Positions 35,985-45,530 of a DNA stretch of 64,000 nucleotides are shown in pieces. The translations under genes were made by a program, and so were the position numbers. Within the stretch, counting starts at the first letter, position 1. The number at the start of each line of letters is the position of its first letter. The notes below the pieces were generated by a model. The model did no database searches and was not told the origin of the DNA. It worked only from the letters and a program-made list of their open reading frames with translations. Origin of the DNA: an uncultured Actinomycetes bacterium (GTDB lineage Bacteria > Actinomycetota > Thermoleophilia > Gaiellales > Gaiellaceae); NCBI GenBank assembly GCA_963821365.1, contig CAWGDT010000026.1:19295-83294 (forward strand), in the 5' to 3' direction.

Positions 35985-36000
35985 TCTAGACTGTCTAGAC
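35985..36000. promoter_or_regulatory. Putative toxin-antitoxin operator
   Basis: Two TCTAGA palindromes in tandem (TCTAGAC-TG-TCTAGAC) about 24 nt upstream of the antitoxin start. Confidence 0.5.
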
Positions 36001-36036
36001 TTTTTGACAGACTCGGCTCCCGGCTAGGATCGGCGC

Positions 36037-36603
36037 ATGGCCTCCCCCGACCGCCTGCACTTCACCGGCGACGACGAGGCTGACGCGCTCATCGCGACGG
36101 ATCCGCTCGCGCTCCTGATCGGCTTCGCGCTCGACCAGCAGGTCACGGTGCAGACCGCCTTCGCAGGGCCGCTCAAGCTCCGCCAGCGGCTCGGGTCGCT
36201 CGAGGCAGCGGCGATCGCCGCCACCGACCCCGCGGAGCTCGAGGCGCACTTCCGGCAGCCGCCGGCGATCCACCGCTTCCCCGGCTCGATGGCGAAGCGC
36301 GTCCACGACCTCTGCCGGCACGTGGCCGACGAGTACGACGGGCACGCGGAGCGCGTCTGGACGGAGGCGAAGGACGCGAATGACCTCGAGCGCCGGATCC
36401 GCGCGCTCCCCGGCTTCGGCGACATGAAGGTCATGGCGCTCTCCGCCGTCCTCGCGAAGCGCTTCGCCGTCGCCGTTGCCGAGCCGCTCGCACCGAGCTT
36501 CCCGACGCTCGGCGACGTCGACTCCGTCGAGGCGCTGCACGCCTACCAGGCCGCGAAGCGCGCTTACCGCAGCGCCCGTCGAACTGAAGTGCGAAGCTCG
36601 TAG
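36037..36603 (+). CDS. HhH-GPD-type base excision repair family protein
   Basis: DPLALLIGFALDQQV...AFAGP...PPAIHRFPGSMAKRV...LPGFGDMK...DV.S...YQAAKR. Confidence 0.88.
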   Translation: MASPDRLHFTGDDEADALIATDPLALLIGFALDQQVTVQTAFAGPLKLRQRLGSLEAAAIAATDPAELEAHFRQPPAIHRFPGSMAKRVHDLCRHVADEYDGHAERVWTEAKDANDLERRIRALPGFGDMKVMALSAVLAKRFAVAVAEPLAPSFPTLGDVDSVEALHAYQAAKRAYRSARRTEVRSS

Positions 36604-36906
36604 TACCGCGCCCGCTGCGAGCCCGACGCGCGCCATGTGCCGACCCACCCAGGTTCGGGGCCATTGGGCGCGAGCGGAGCGCCGGTGAGATGCTCTCCCA
36701 CGCTTCTGACGCCCGACGTCGATGGTCTCGTTCACTGGATCCATCGACTTCCGCGCCGCGTGAGCGTTCATGCCATCGTGTCGCCGACGCGGGCGGCCTC
36801 TTCCCGGAAGCCACTGCTGATCGCCCGTCTGCGTGACGCTCAAAATGTAAGCAGCGAGAGCCGGAGCGTCCAGCTGCCAAGCGAGCGGCCGGCGTCACAC
36901 GCATCG

Positions 36907-37131
36907 TCAGTCGTCCGATTCGGAGCCGGCCGAGCCGTCGTCGCCCCCCGTCGTCTGGGCGGGCGCGGTCGACGTCGTGGTGATCGTGGTACGCGGGCTC
37001 AGCCTTCCGGCGGGCTGGGGATCACGACTTGCGTACCCGAGCAGCACGACGTTCACGCCGATCGCGGCGGCGACGAGCAACGCCGCGGCGGCCGCGATGA
37101 GAAGCACCCGCGCCGGCCGGCCGTGCATCAT
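36907..37131 (-). CDS. Small single-pass membrane protein with Thr-rich and acidic tail
   Basis: VLLIAAAAALLVAAAIGVNVVLLGY TM segment. The start overlaps the reductase stop (TGATG). Confidence 0.55.
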   Translation of the reverse strand: MMHGRPARVLLIAAAAALLVAAAIGVNVVLLGYASRDPQPAGRLSPRTTITTTSTAPAQTTGGDDGSAGSESDD

Positions 37132-38276
37132 CAGGCGGCGAGGAGCTCCGGGGCGAGCTTGCGGCGGAACGCACCGACCTGCTGGGGGCGGTTGACGAGC
37201 AACGCAGCGACGAGACTCCCGTCCTGCGCGAGGTACCGAGCCGCGAGCGAGGTCTCATCTCCGTCGAGGACGATTCGCTCCCATCCCTCCGCGGAGCCTA
37301 CGTGCTGAAGCCTGAGGCCGAACTGGTCGGACCAGAAGTACGGAGTCGGCCTGGCCTCCAGGCCCCGGCCGAGGATGGCCCGGGCGACCGCGGTCGCCTG
37401 CCAGGCGGCGCCCGTCCAGTGTTCGAAACGCACGTGGCGCGAATGCTCGGCGCTCCACGAGGCAGTGACGTCACCACAGGCGTAGACGTTCGGGAGCCGC
37501 GTGCGGCCGCCTTCGTCCGTCTCGATCGGGCCGGGGTCGCCCAGCAGGAGCTCACCGGCGGGTTCGGCGCCCACGGCGACGAGGACGAGGTCGCGTTCGA
37601 GCTCCGTCCCGTTCGAGAGGCGGAGACCGCGGAGCGTTCCGTCGCTCCGGCGGAGGACCCTCTCGACGCCGGCCTCGAGCCTGAGGTCGACACCGTGCTC
37701 CCGGTAGCGGTCGGCGAGGAGGCGGCCGACCTCCGGCCCGAGCGTCCGCTCGAACGGCTGGCTCGCGAGATCGATGATCGCCACGTCGACCCCTAGCCCG
37801 ACCGCGGTCGAGGCAACCTCAGTGCCGACGAAGCCCGATCCGACGATCGCGAGGCGCCTGCCGGGAACGAGCTCGGCACGCAATCGCCACGCGTCGTCGA
37901 GTGTCCGGAGGACGTGGACGCCGCTGCCGCCGAAGGCTGCCGGCCGCCGGGCCCGGGCTCCGGTCGCGAGCACGAGCGCATCCCACACGAAGTCGCCGCG
38001 AGCCGTGCTCGCGAGCCGGCGCATCGTGTCGATCCGCTCCACCCGGACCCCGAGCTCGAGGTCGATCTCGAGGTTTGTCCAGGCGATCGGAGCCCGGAGA
38101 AGGAGTTCCTCGCGGGTGCCCGCGAGGAACTCCTTCGAGAGGGCAGGCCGCTCGTAGGGCGGATGTGGTTCTTCGCCGACGAGAGTGATCGATCCGTCGA
38201 AGCCCTCCGCGCGGAGCGTCTGCGCGCAGCGGCTACCCGCCAGGCCGGCGCCGACGATGACGACGCGTCCGGACAT
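37131..38276 (-). CDS. NAD(P)H-ferredoxin reductase (putidaredoxin reductase-like)
   Basis: VVIVGAGLAG, PYERPALSK, LATGARAR, GSGFVGTEVA, YACGDV, EHW, PYFWSDQF. Confidence 0.92.
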   Translation of the reverse strand: MSGRVVIVGAGLAGSRCAQTLRAEGFDGSITLVGEEPHPPYERPALSKEFLAGTREELLLRAPIAWTNLEIDLELGVRVERIDTMRRLASTARGDFVWDALVLATGARARRPAAFGGSGVHVLRTLDDAWRLRAELVPGRRLAIVGSGFVGTEVASTAVGLGVDVAIIDLASQPFERTLGPEVGRLLADRYREHGVDLRLEAGVERVLRRSDGTLRGLRLSNGTELERDLVLVAVGAEPAGELLLGDPGPIETDEGGRTRLPNVYACGDVTASWSAEHSRHVRFEHWTGAAWQATAVARAILGRGLEARPTPYFWSDQFGLRLQHVGSAEGWERIVLDGDETSLAARYLAQDGSLVAALLVNRPQQVGAFRRKLAPELLAA

Positions 38277-38482
38277 CAGGCTGCCTGCCTGCCGCGCTCG
38301 TCGTAGACAGCGATCGCGCCCATGGGACACGACGCGGCGGCTTCGAGGACGGCGTCGTTGTCCGTCTCGGCCTCGTGCACGGCGGCGATGCCGTCGGAGC
38401 CGAGGACGAAGGACCGAGAGGCAAGCTCTGCGCAGCTTCCAAAGCCGCTACAAAGCGACCGGTCTATCTCGATGCGATACAC
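38276..38482 (-). CDS. Single-cluster ferredoxin, probably [3Fe-4S]
   Basis: IDRSLCSGFGSC...CPMGAI. The middle Cys of CxxCxxC is replaced by Phe. Confidence 0.9.
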   Translation of the reverse strand: MYRIEIDRSLCSGFGSCAELASRSFVLGSDGIAAVHEAETDNDAVLEAAASCPMGAIAVYDERGRQAA

Positions 38483-39023
38483 GAGTTTCTCCTTTCATTG
38501 GCGGGACGAGTGCGCGCCACGCGGTGGCTGCCACGACTGCACCGACAGCTCCGCCGTAGAGGCCGAGAGCCCAGGGCTGGCTGCTGTCGGTTCCGGCCGT
38601 CAGGCCGTGCACGGTGGCGAGGCCGAAGATGAGATACGTGGCCCAATGCAGCCGCCGCCAGTTGCGCACCCCGATGCGTCTCCGGAGCGAGAACGAGGCG
38701 TAGACGACCACCATCAGCTCGGCTGCGAGCACTCCGAGACCCGTCCACAGCGGACGGTAGGGAGCCAGGCCGGGCACGAGCAGGCTGCCGATCCCGATGT
38801 GCACTGTGCTGTCCAGGACGAGCGCCGACGCGTGCGCGAGGATCGCGCCGAGTCCGAGCATGGCGAGGAAGCGGTGGATGTCGGCGACCGTCGCCGCCTT
38901 CAGCGCCGCCCCGAACGGTCGCGCCTTGAGCACGAGCCCGGCCAGCACCGACGAGGTCAGCAACGCGTAGGCGAGAAGGCCGCTCGACCGGGCAAGGATC
39001 CAGAACGTGGGGTCGGTCTTCAT
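38448..39023 (-). CDS. Ferric-reductase-like (MsrQ-like) haem-b transmembrane protein
   Basis: WILARSSGLLAY...L(A)GL, with four membrane His residues (DIHRFL, LAHAS, WRRLHW, TVHGL). Confidence 0.85.
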   Translation of the reverse strand: MKTDPTFWILARSSGLLAYALLTSSVLAGLVLKARPFGAALKAATVADIHRFLAMLGLGAILAHASALVLDSTVHIGIGSLLVPGLAPYRPLWTGLGVLAAELMVVVYASFSLRRRIGVRNWRRLHWATYLIFGLATVHGLTAGTDSSQPWALGLYGGAVGAVVAATAWRALVPPMKGETRVSHRDRPVAL

Positions 39024-39895
39024 GCGAGCCCGCCCGCGAGAAGCGTCCGGCCGTCGAGCGTGACGAGCAAGGCGGGCGCCGCGGTGGCGTTCGCCTCGCG
39101 TTCGGCCTCCTCTGCTCCGGCGAGGAAGAGGGCTTTCGCTCGCACCTCCGCGTCCGTGGCCGTCGCTGCGACGGCAGTCACGCGGAGAAGGTCCCCTGTA
39201 GCCGGCAGGCCGGTGGCGGGGTCGATGATGTGGTGGAACTCCTCGCTCCCCCGCGTCCAGTGGCGACGGTCGCGGCCGGAGGTCGCGACCGCACCGTCGC
39301 CGAGTTCGAGCGTGAGCGTGCCGTCGCCGGTGTCGAGCCCGATCGGCCATCCACCGCCGCTGGCCGCGATGTCGCCGCCGGCGTCGACCAGGCACGGGCC
39401 GAGCTCACCGAGGATCCTCGCGGCGCGATCCACCGCGTATCCCTTGGCGATCCCTCCGAGATCGAGGTGGACACCGGGATCGAGCTCGATCCTCCGCGTC
39501 TTGCGATCCACGTGGACCGAGCCCGCGCAGCGGACAGCCGTGGACTTCCGGGGACTGCCGTCGCGCCCGTCGGCGGACGCCACCTCCTCGAACGTGCGGT
39601 GGTAGCCGGCGGCGACGAGTGCGTCGTGCACCGTCGGGTCGAAGCGGCCGCCCGTCCGATGCCTGGCGGTGAGTGCGAGATCGACGACCTCGAGCAGCTC
39701 TGGCCCGACCCGCAGCGTCCCCCGTCGGTTGAGCTCCGAGAGCTCCGAGTCGGGATCGAACCGCGAGAAGATGGTCTCCAGGCGGCGCACTTCCCACTGG
39801 GCCTCGGCCATCGCGCGAAGTGCCTCGGGACGGGGCCGCGCTTTCAAGAAGAGCTCGCAGTCGGTGCCCATCGCGCGGAAGCGGCGACGCAACAT
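39020..39895 (-). CDS. apbE: FAD:protein FMN transferase (ApbE family), no signal peptide
   Basis: FRAMGT, FSRFDPDSELSELN, FDPTV, DLGGIAKG, DAGGDI, ATSG, HHIIDPATG, AEVRAKA. Confidence 0.92.
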   Translation of the reverse strand: MLRRRFRAMGTDCELFLKARPRPEALRAMAEAQWEVRRLETIFSRFDPDSELSELNRRGTLRVGPELLEVVDLALTARHRTGGRFDPTVHDALVAAGYHRTFEEVASADGRDGSPRKSTAVRCAGSVHVDRKTRRIELDPGVHLDLGGIAKGYAVDRAARILGELGPCLVDAGGDIAASGGGWPIGLDTGDGTLTLELGDGAVATSGRDRRHWTRGSEEFHHIIDPATGLPATGDLLRVTAVAATATDAEVRAKALFLAGAEEAEREANATAAPALLVTLDGRTLLAGGLA

Positions 39896-40197
39896 CACGA
39901 GCTCCTCGTGGTGGTGATCGGTGGAAGGTGCACGATGCGCACCGTAGGGGCGGGCGCGGCCTGCGCTACGGCCTGGGCGGCGATCTGGGCGGCGCGGTTG
40001 GCGGCCGCCCGCCGAGCCACGATGAGCTGGACGAGCTTGGCGTCGCGCTGGAGACGCTGCTGACGCTGCCCGAGAGCAGCGACCCGCGGATCCGGCGCCG
40101 GCGTCACCCAGGGGCGAGCCGCGATTCCCGCCCACGCGACGAAGAACACGATGATCGCGGCGGACGCCGTGTAGAGCCGGAGGACGTGGTTAGTCAT
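39895..40197 (-). CDS. Small N-anchored membrane protein ending in TTTRSS
   Basis: TM segment LYTASAAIIVFFVAWAGIAA, a coiled segment, then ...LPPITTTRSS*. The stop overlaps the apbE start. Confidence 0.7.
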   Translation of the reverse strand: MTNHVLRLYTASAAIIVFFVAWAGIAARPWVTPAPDPRVAALGQRQQRLQRDAKLVQLIVARRAAANRAAQIAAQAVAQAAPAPTVRIVHLPPITTTRSS

Positions 40198-40555
40198 CTC
40201 CGCCCGCCTCTCCGAGCTCCCCGTCGTGCCCGTCGGTGCTGTGCTCGCCGTCGTCGCCTTGGTCGCCCTGGGACGCCGAGGTGGGCGACGCGGGCGAGCG
40301 GACGTACAGGACACCGGGCGACGTGGATCGAGTCGCGACCTTCTGCGCCTTCGCGGCCGCCTTCGGCAGCACCGCGAGCTGGTGGCGCAGCTGTGCTTCG
40401 AGGCGGTCGAGCGAGCGCGCCCGGGCCGAGACCTGCGCAGTCGGGGCCGGCTCGGACGCGACACCGAGCTGCACGCTACGACTGAGGGCGAAGAATCCCG
40501 CGACGACGGCGGCGCCGAGCAGGACGACGATCGAGAATCGGTGCTTGCGAGCCAT
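40190..40555 (-). CDS. Small N-anchored membrane protein with acidic His-containing tail
   Basis: MARKHRFSIVVLLGAAVVAGFFAL...QGDQGDDGEHSTDGHDGELGEAGGDD*. RBS ggagg. Confidence 0.7.
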   Translation of the reverse strand: MARKHRFSIVVLLGAAVVAGFFALSRSVQLGVASEPAPTAQVSARARSLDRLEAQLRHQLAVLPKAAAKAQKVATRSTSPGVLYVRSPASPTSASQGDQGDDGEHSTDGHDGELGEAGGDD

Positions 40556-40627
40556 CGGATACCTCCGGGTCGTGCTGGCGAGTGCTTCGACCGTAGGAGG
40601 CGCCGCGCAAGCCCGGGGCCAGGCGGA

Positions 40628-40654
40628 GGTAAGGCATGGTGAGGCCTGGGTAAG
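40628..40654. promoter_or_regulatory. Triple direct repeat, putative OmpR-family response regulator site
   Basis: GGTAAG, GGTGAG and GGTAAG at 40628, 40638 and 40649 (10-11 bp period), in the divergent intergenic region. Confidence 0.55.
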
Positions 40655-40706
40655 TCTTTCGGCGGGCTTGACCGCCGCGAGCGGCCACGCATGCGACGAT
40701 CCGCTC

Positions 40707-41363
40707 GTGCAGATCCTGATCGTCGAGGACGACGACGCGATCGCGAAGCCGCTCGCAGCGGGGCTCGAGCGTGAGGGCTTCGACGTGATCCGCGTCTCGA
40801 ACGGGGAAGATGCTCTCGGGGCGGCCGTGCCCGATCTCGTCCTCCTCGACCTCCGCCTGCCCGGCATGGACGGAACCGAGGTGTGTCGGCGGCTGCGTGC
40901 GCGCTCGGACGTGCCGATCATCGTCGTGACCGCCAAGGGCGAGGAGGTCGACCGTGTGGTCGGCCTCGAGCTCGGCGCCGACGACTACATCGTGAAGCCG
41001 TTCGGGTTTCGTGAGCTGCTGGCGCGGATTCGCGCGGTGATGCGCCGGGCGCGCCCCGGCACCGACCGCGCACAAATCCACGTCGGGTCACTGGAGATCG
41101 ACGTTCGGGGGCGGAGGGCGACCATGGGAGACGACCCGCTGAACCTGACGACGAAGGAGTTCGACCTGCTCGCGCTGCTCGCGTCCGAGTCGGGCGACGT
41201 CGTCTCGCGCCAACGGATCCTGCGCGAGGTGTGGGACACCGAGTGGTTCGGGCCGACCAAGACCGTCGACGTCCACGTCGCCTCGTTACGGAAGAAGCTC
41301 GGCGACCCGGGCTGGATCGAGACCGTACGCGGCATCGGGCTGCGACTCGTCGCCCGTCCGTGA
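40707..41363 (+). CDS. OmpR/PhoB-family response regulator
   Basis: ILIVEDD, DLVLLDLRLPGMDG, LTAK, GADDYIVKPF, LTTKEFDLL, VDVHVASLRKKL, IETVRGIG. Confidence 0.95.
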   Translation: MQILIVEDDDAIAKPLAAGLEREGFDVIRVSNGEDALGAAVPDLVLLDLRLPGMDGTEVCRRLRARSDVPIIVVTAKGEEVDRVVGLELGADDYIVKPFGFRELLARIRAVMRRARPGTDRAQIHVGSLEIDVRGRRATMGDDPLNLTTKEFDLLALLASESGDVVSRQRILREVWDTEWFGPTKTVDVHVASLRKKLGDPGWIETVRGIGLRLVARP

Positions 41364-42727
41364 CCCGGCGCCTCCTCGCAAGCTACGTTGTCCTCGCGCT
41401 CGTCGTCCTCGCCCTACTCGAGGTGCCGCTCGCCGTCTCGTTCGCGCGTAACGAGCGGCACGACCTGACGACCAAGGTCGAGCGCGATGCCGTGGCCATC
41501 GGCTCTCTCTCGGAAGACGTGCTCGAGCGCGGCGTGTCCGCTCCACCGGCGCTCGACGCGCTCGCCGCGCGGTATGCGCGCGACACCGGCGGCCGGGTCG
41601 TCGTCGTCGATGCCAAGGGGCGCAGCGTCGTCGACTCGGCCGGGACCATCCGAGGCGACTTCTCCACGCGGCCCGAGATCCGGACCGCTCTGGGAGGAAC
41701 CGTCGCCACCGGCGTTCGTCACTCGAACACCCTCGGCACCGACCTGCTCTACGTCGCGGTCCCCGTCGCCTCGAGCGGTGTCGTCCACGGCGCTGTGCGA
41801 ATCACGTATCCGATGGCCGAGGTCGATGCGCGCATCCACCGCTACTGGCTGATCCTCGCGGCGATCGCCGTCGTCGTCCTCGCGATCGCGGTTGCGCTCG
41901 GCTTCGGCTTCGTGCGCTGGATCACGACGCCGCTCCGACGGATCGAGACCGCTGCCGGGGAAGTCGCCAGAGGGAACCTTCTGGCGCGGGCGCCGCTCGA
42001 CGGCCCGCCGGAGCTGCAGCAGCTCGCCCGCGAGTTCAACGACATGGTCGTCAAGCTCGACGCGCTCCTTCGCTCCCAGGACGAGTTCGTCGCCGATGCG
42101 TCGCACCAGCTCCGCACGCCGCTGACGGCGCTCCGCCTTCGTCTCGAGAACCTCGCTCGAGAGGACGGCACGAGGAGCGACGAGCTCGAGCCGGCGATCG
42201 TCGAGGTGGAGCGGTTGAGCTCCCTCGTCGACGGGCTCCTGACGCTCGCCCGGGCGGATCGCGCAACGAGCGAGCCGGTCGTCCTCGATGTCGGCGCGGC
42301 CATCGCCGAGCGGGTCGAAGCGTGGTCGGCGCTGGCCTCGGAGCAGACGGTGCAGCTCTCGGCGCAGGTCGAAGGCCGGCCGTTCGCCGCCGTCACTGCA
42401 GGGCGGATCGAGCAGGTCCTCGACAACCTGCTCGCGAACGCACTCGACGTCTCACCGGCAGGCTCGAGCGTGGACGTCACTGCTGCCCGGTCGGGGAGGT
42501 GGGTCGAGATCGCGGTCCGCGATCGTGGTCCGGGAATGACGGCCGGAGAGATCGACCGCGCGTTCGACCGCTTCTGGCGCTCCGGCGCAGGAAACGAGGG
42601 CTTTGGTCTCGGCCTTACGATCGTCCATCGGCTCGTGCGAGCGGATGGGGGCGAGATCGAGCTCTGCCCGCGGCCCGACGGAGGGCTCGAGGCGCTCGTC
42701 CGGCTTCGGTCCGCAACCAGGACGTAA
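41360..42727 (+). CDS. HAMP-domain sensor histidine kinase
   Basis: Two TM helices, H-box DASHQLRTPL, N-box LDNLLANA, G-boxes DRGPG and GLGL. Confidence 0.93.
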   Translation: MTRRLLASYVVLALVVLALLEVPLAVSFARNERHDLTTKVERDAVAIGSLSEDVLERGVSAPPALDALAARYARDTGGRVVVVDAKGRSVVDSAGTIRGDFSTRPEIRTALGGTVATGVRHSNTLGTDLLYVAVPVASSGVVHGAVRITYPMAEVDARIHRYWLILAAIAVVVLAIAVALGFGFVRWITTPLRRIETAAGEVARGNLLARAPLDGPPELQQLAREFNDMVVKLDALLRSQDEFVADASHQLRTPLTALRLRLENLAREDGTRSDELEPAIVEVERLSSLVDGLLTLARADRATSEPVVLDVGAAIAERVEAWSALASEQTVQLSAQVEGRPFAAVTAGRIEQVLDNLLANALDVSPAGSSVDVTAARSGRWVEIAVRDRGPGMTAGEIDRAFDRFWRSGAGNEGFGLGLTIVHRLVRADGGEIELCPRPDGGLEALVRLRSATRT

Positions 42728-43027
42728 CCATGCCTCGCGCCAGGGGTGGCGCCGTGCTAGCGAAGCAAATCGGGCGTGACACTGCTCTGTTGGATGAGGG
42801 TCACGATCACGCTCGTCGAATCCGGCGGAGGCACTGAGGTGCGGTGCGTGAGGGGCTACCGCCTCGTGTGTCGATCGCCGGTAGCGAGATGGCTGGCAGT
42901 CGTCACTCGCGAGGCCGGCCGAACTCGGCGAAGAGAGATCGAGGGAGACTCGCCCGCGCCAGTGTGCTGGCTTCGGGCGGGAGCACTTTCCGGGGGCCGG
43001 ATGATTGGTCGCGTAGGCTGACCAACG

Positions 43028-43768
43028 TTGCTGGAGCCAAACGTCGTCACGGTGTTCGTTGCTGCGCTCGTGACGGCGTTGGCGACCGGGCTTGGCGCGC
43101 TGCCGCTTGTCTTCGTCCGCTCTGCCGGCCGGTTCGTGCTGGGTGCGGCGAACGCAATCGCAGCCGGTGTGATGCTCGCGGCGAGCGTCAGCCTTTCGTT
43201 GCAGGGCGTCGATCGAAGCCTATGGCGCACCGCGGTCGGCGTTGCGCTGGGAATCTGCTTCGTGCTGGCGACGGAGCGCTACCTCCAGCACGACCATGGA
43301 CACGCGATCGGATCGTTGAGAGGCGAGGACGCGCGGAAGGCGCTGCTGATCGTCGGCGTCATGACGGTCCATTCCGCGGCCGAAGGAATCGGCGTCGGAG
43401 CTGCATTCGCCGACGGATCGACACTTGGTCTACTGATCACGATCGCAATCACGGTGCACAACATCCCCGAAGGGCTCGCGATCAGCCTCGTGCTCGTTCC
43501 TCGCGGCACCTCGGTCAGCGCAGCGGCGGGATGGAGCATCTTCTCGAGCCTGCCACAGCCACTCCTCGCCGTTCCCGCGTTCCTGTTCGTTGACACGTTC
43601 ACGTCGATCCTCCCCGTCGGGTTGGGATTTGCGGCAGGCGCAATGGTGTGGATGGTGCTCGGGGAACTGCTCCCCGAGGCGCTCGAAACGGCGCCGGCAA
43701 GGGTTGTCGCCCTTGCCGGCGGTGCCGCATTTGCGCTCATGCTCGGCTTCCAGCTCCTGTTGTCGTAG
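43028..43768 (+). CDS. ZIP-family (GufA-like) divalent metal transporter
   Basis: ATGLGALP, MTVHSAAEG, HNIPEGLAI, GFAAGAM. Confidence 0.92.
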   Translation: MLEPNVVTVFVAALVTALATGLGALPLVFVRSAGRFVLGAANAIAAGVMLAASVSLSLQGVDRSLWRTAVGVALGICFVLATERYLQHDHGHAIGSLRGEDARKALLIVGVMTVHSAAEGIGVGAAFADGSTLGLLITIAITVHNIPEGLAISLVLVPRGTSVSAAAGWSIFSSLPQPLLAVPAFLFVDTFTSILPVGLGFAAGAMVWMVLGELLPEALETAPARVVALAGGAAFALMLGFQLLLS

Positions 43769-43963
43769 CAGCTACCAGCTCTGCCCTCGGATACCGAGAC
43801 CGGCTCTCGAGGAAGGCCCAGCCGCGCCGAGCCGAGCCGAAGATCGGCCCGCGGGGAGGGTGTCTGGCTCGATTCCGTGCGGACCGAAGCCGCCGCCGCG
43901 GTGATCGCACGCCTGACTGCCGAAGCCCCACCTGGCTATCCGGGGGGGAGTAGGGTCTTCCGC

Positions 43964-45294
43964 GTGCGTGGGAGCTTCGTCGCTCGGGACGTCGGGCCCG
44001 CGGCGATCGTGTTTCTCGTGTGCGTTTGGGGCCTCGTGTGGCTCGTGGCCCGACCCCGGGAGAATCGAGCGGGAGCTACGCGGGACAGTTCCTGGGGGCG
44101 GAGTCGGTCCTGCTGCTCTCGATCGCCCTCGTCCTCATCAGCACGCTTCCATGGGTCGAGGAATGGTTCGACGGGATCGACCGGGCGGCGATCTGGCATC
44201 GCCGCGTTGCAATCGCCGGGCTGATCCTCCTGGCTCCGCACATTCTGCTGTCGAGCAGCCCACACGGCACCACGCTCGGCGGACCGCTGGGCGCGATCGG
44301 TGCGATCGGCCTCCTGACGCTCGTCGTGTGGGCGATCGTGCCGCGCTGGCAGTCGGTTGTGCCTGCGCCGTTACGTGGCGTCATACGGACAGCGCGCGAC
44401 GCACCCGGCGTCCGTGACATCCGTCGCATCCTCGGCGGGTACGAGCGCTGGCGGCTCGTGCATCGCACGACCGGCCTCTTCGTCACCGCGGGCTTCGTCC
44501 ACGGCGTGCTCGACGGAACACCGTTCCACCACATGCCGGTCCTGAGGTGGAGTTACGTCGCAGTCGGCGCTGTCGGCGTTGTGTTCTACGTCTACCGAGA
44601 GCTGCTGGCCCGTTTCTTCCTGTCGCTGCACGACTACCAGGTCGAGGCGGTCCGTGCGATCGACCGCAGCTTGGTCGAAGTGGCTCTAAGACCGATTGGT
44701 CGCAGCGTCGACTTCGTCCCCGGCCAATTCGCGATGGTCTATTTCGAAGCGAAAGACGGCTGGCACCGACATCCTTTTACCATCTCCAGCGCTCCCGATG
44801 AGAATGTCCTCCGCGTCACCGTTAAGGCACTGGGCGACTACACGGCGCGGCTGCAGGAGCTCATCGAGCCCGGAATGCCCGCCGTTGTCGGAGGCCCACA
44901 CGGACGCTTCAGCCACTGGAAGGGGACCGACCAGCAGGTCTGGATCGCAGGCGGCGTCGGCGTGGCACCGTTTCTGAGCTGGCTCCGTGCGCTTACCGGT
45001 CAGTTGCCACATCGGGTCGATTTCTATTACAGCGCCGACGGAGCTCCGCCTTTCGCAGACGAGATACGCGCGATCGCCGACCGCAACCCGTCACTGCACG
45101 CCCACCTCATCGACACCAGCGTGGACGGCCGCCTTACCACCGAGCGCGTTCTCAGCGCCGCAGCGGGTGACCCGCGCAGACTGTCCGTCTTCATGTGCGG
45201 GCCACAGGGGATGCTGCGCACCTTCCAGACACAGCTGCGGCGCGCAGGCGTCCCGCGAAGACAGATCCACCGGGAATACTTCGACTGGCGATAA
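43964..45294 (+). CDS. Ferric-reductase-like membrane domain fused to FAD/NAD-binding FNR domain (apparent frameshift near 44057)
   Basis: Haem His residues (IWHRR, APHIL, LVHRT, FVHG), HPFTIS, KALGDYT, GPHGRF, AGGVGVAPF, MCGP, REYFDWR. The first TM helix is in the neighbouring frame starting at GTG 43964. Confidence 0.85.
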
Positions 45295-45530
45295 CGACTC
45301 CGCGACCGCCAGCAGATCCGCCGTACGATCTCACCGCTGCGTGATCATCGCCCGAGAACGAGGCGCTGCACCGAAGACCGAGGAGCAGCATGGCAGGAGG
45401 CGCGGGCTGATCGACCATACTTGGTCGCGCGCCCACTCCGCCAGGGCGGCTCGTCGAGCCTCCACTCAACCACGAGGAGCGAGATGACTGAGAGCCAGCC
45501 TTCGGCGTTCCGCCAGTCCTCGCTAGAACC

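Noticed and set aside
36620-36900. Possible small gene or ncRNA between the HhH-GPD gene and the electron-transfer operon
   Set aside because: No frame with convincing codon bias or motif, and no strong stem.
43940-43960. GGGGAGTAG as a yybP-ykoY manganese riboswitch next to the ZIP gene
   Set aside because: It is downstream of the ZIP gene, abuts the next start codon with no room for the aptamer, and TAGGGT is explained as a -10 box.
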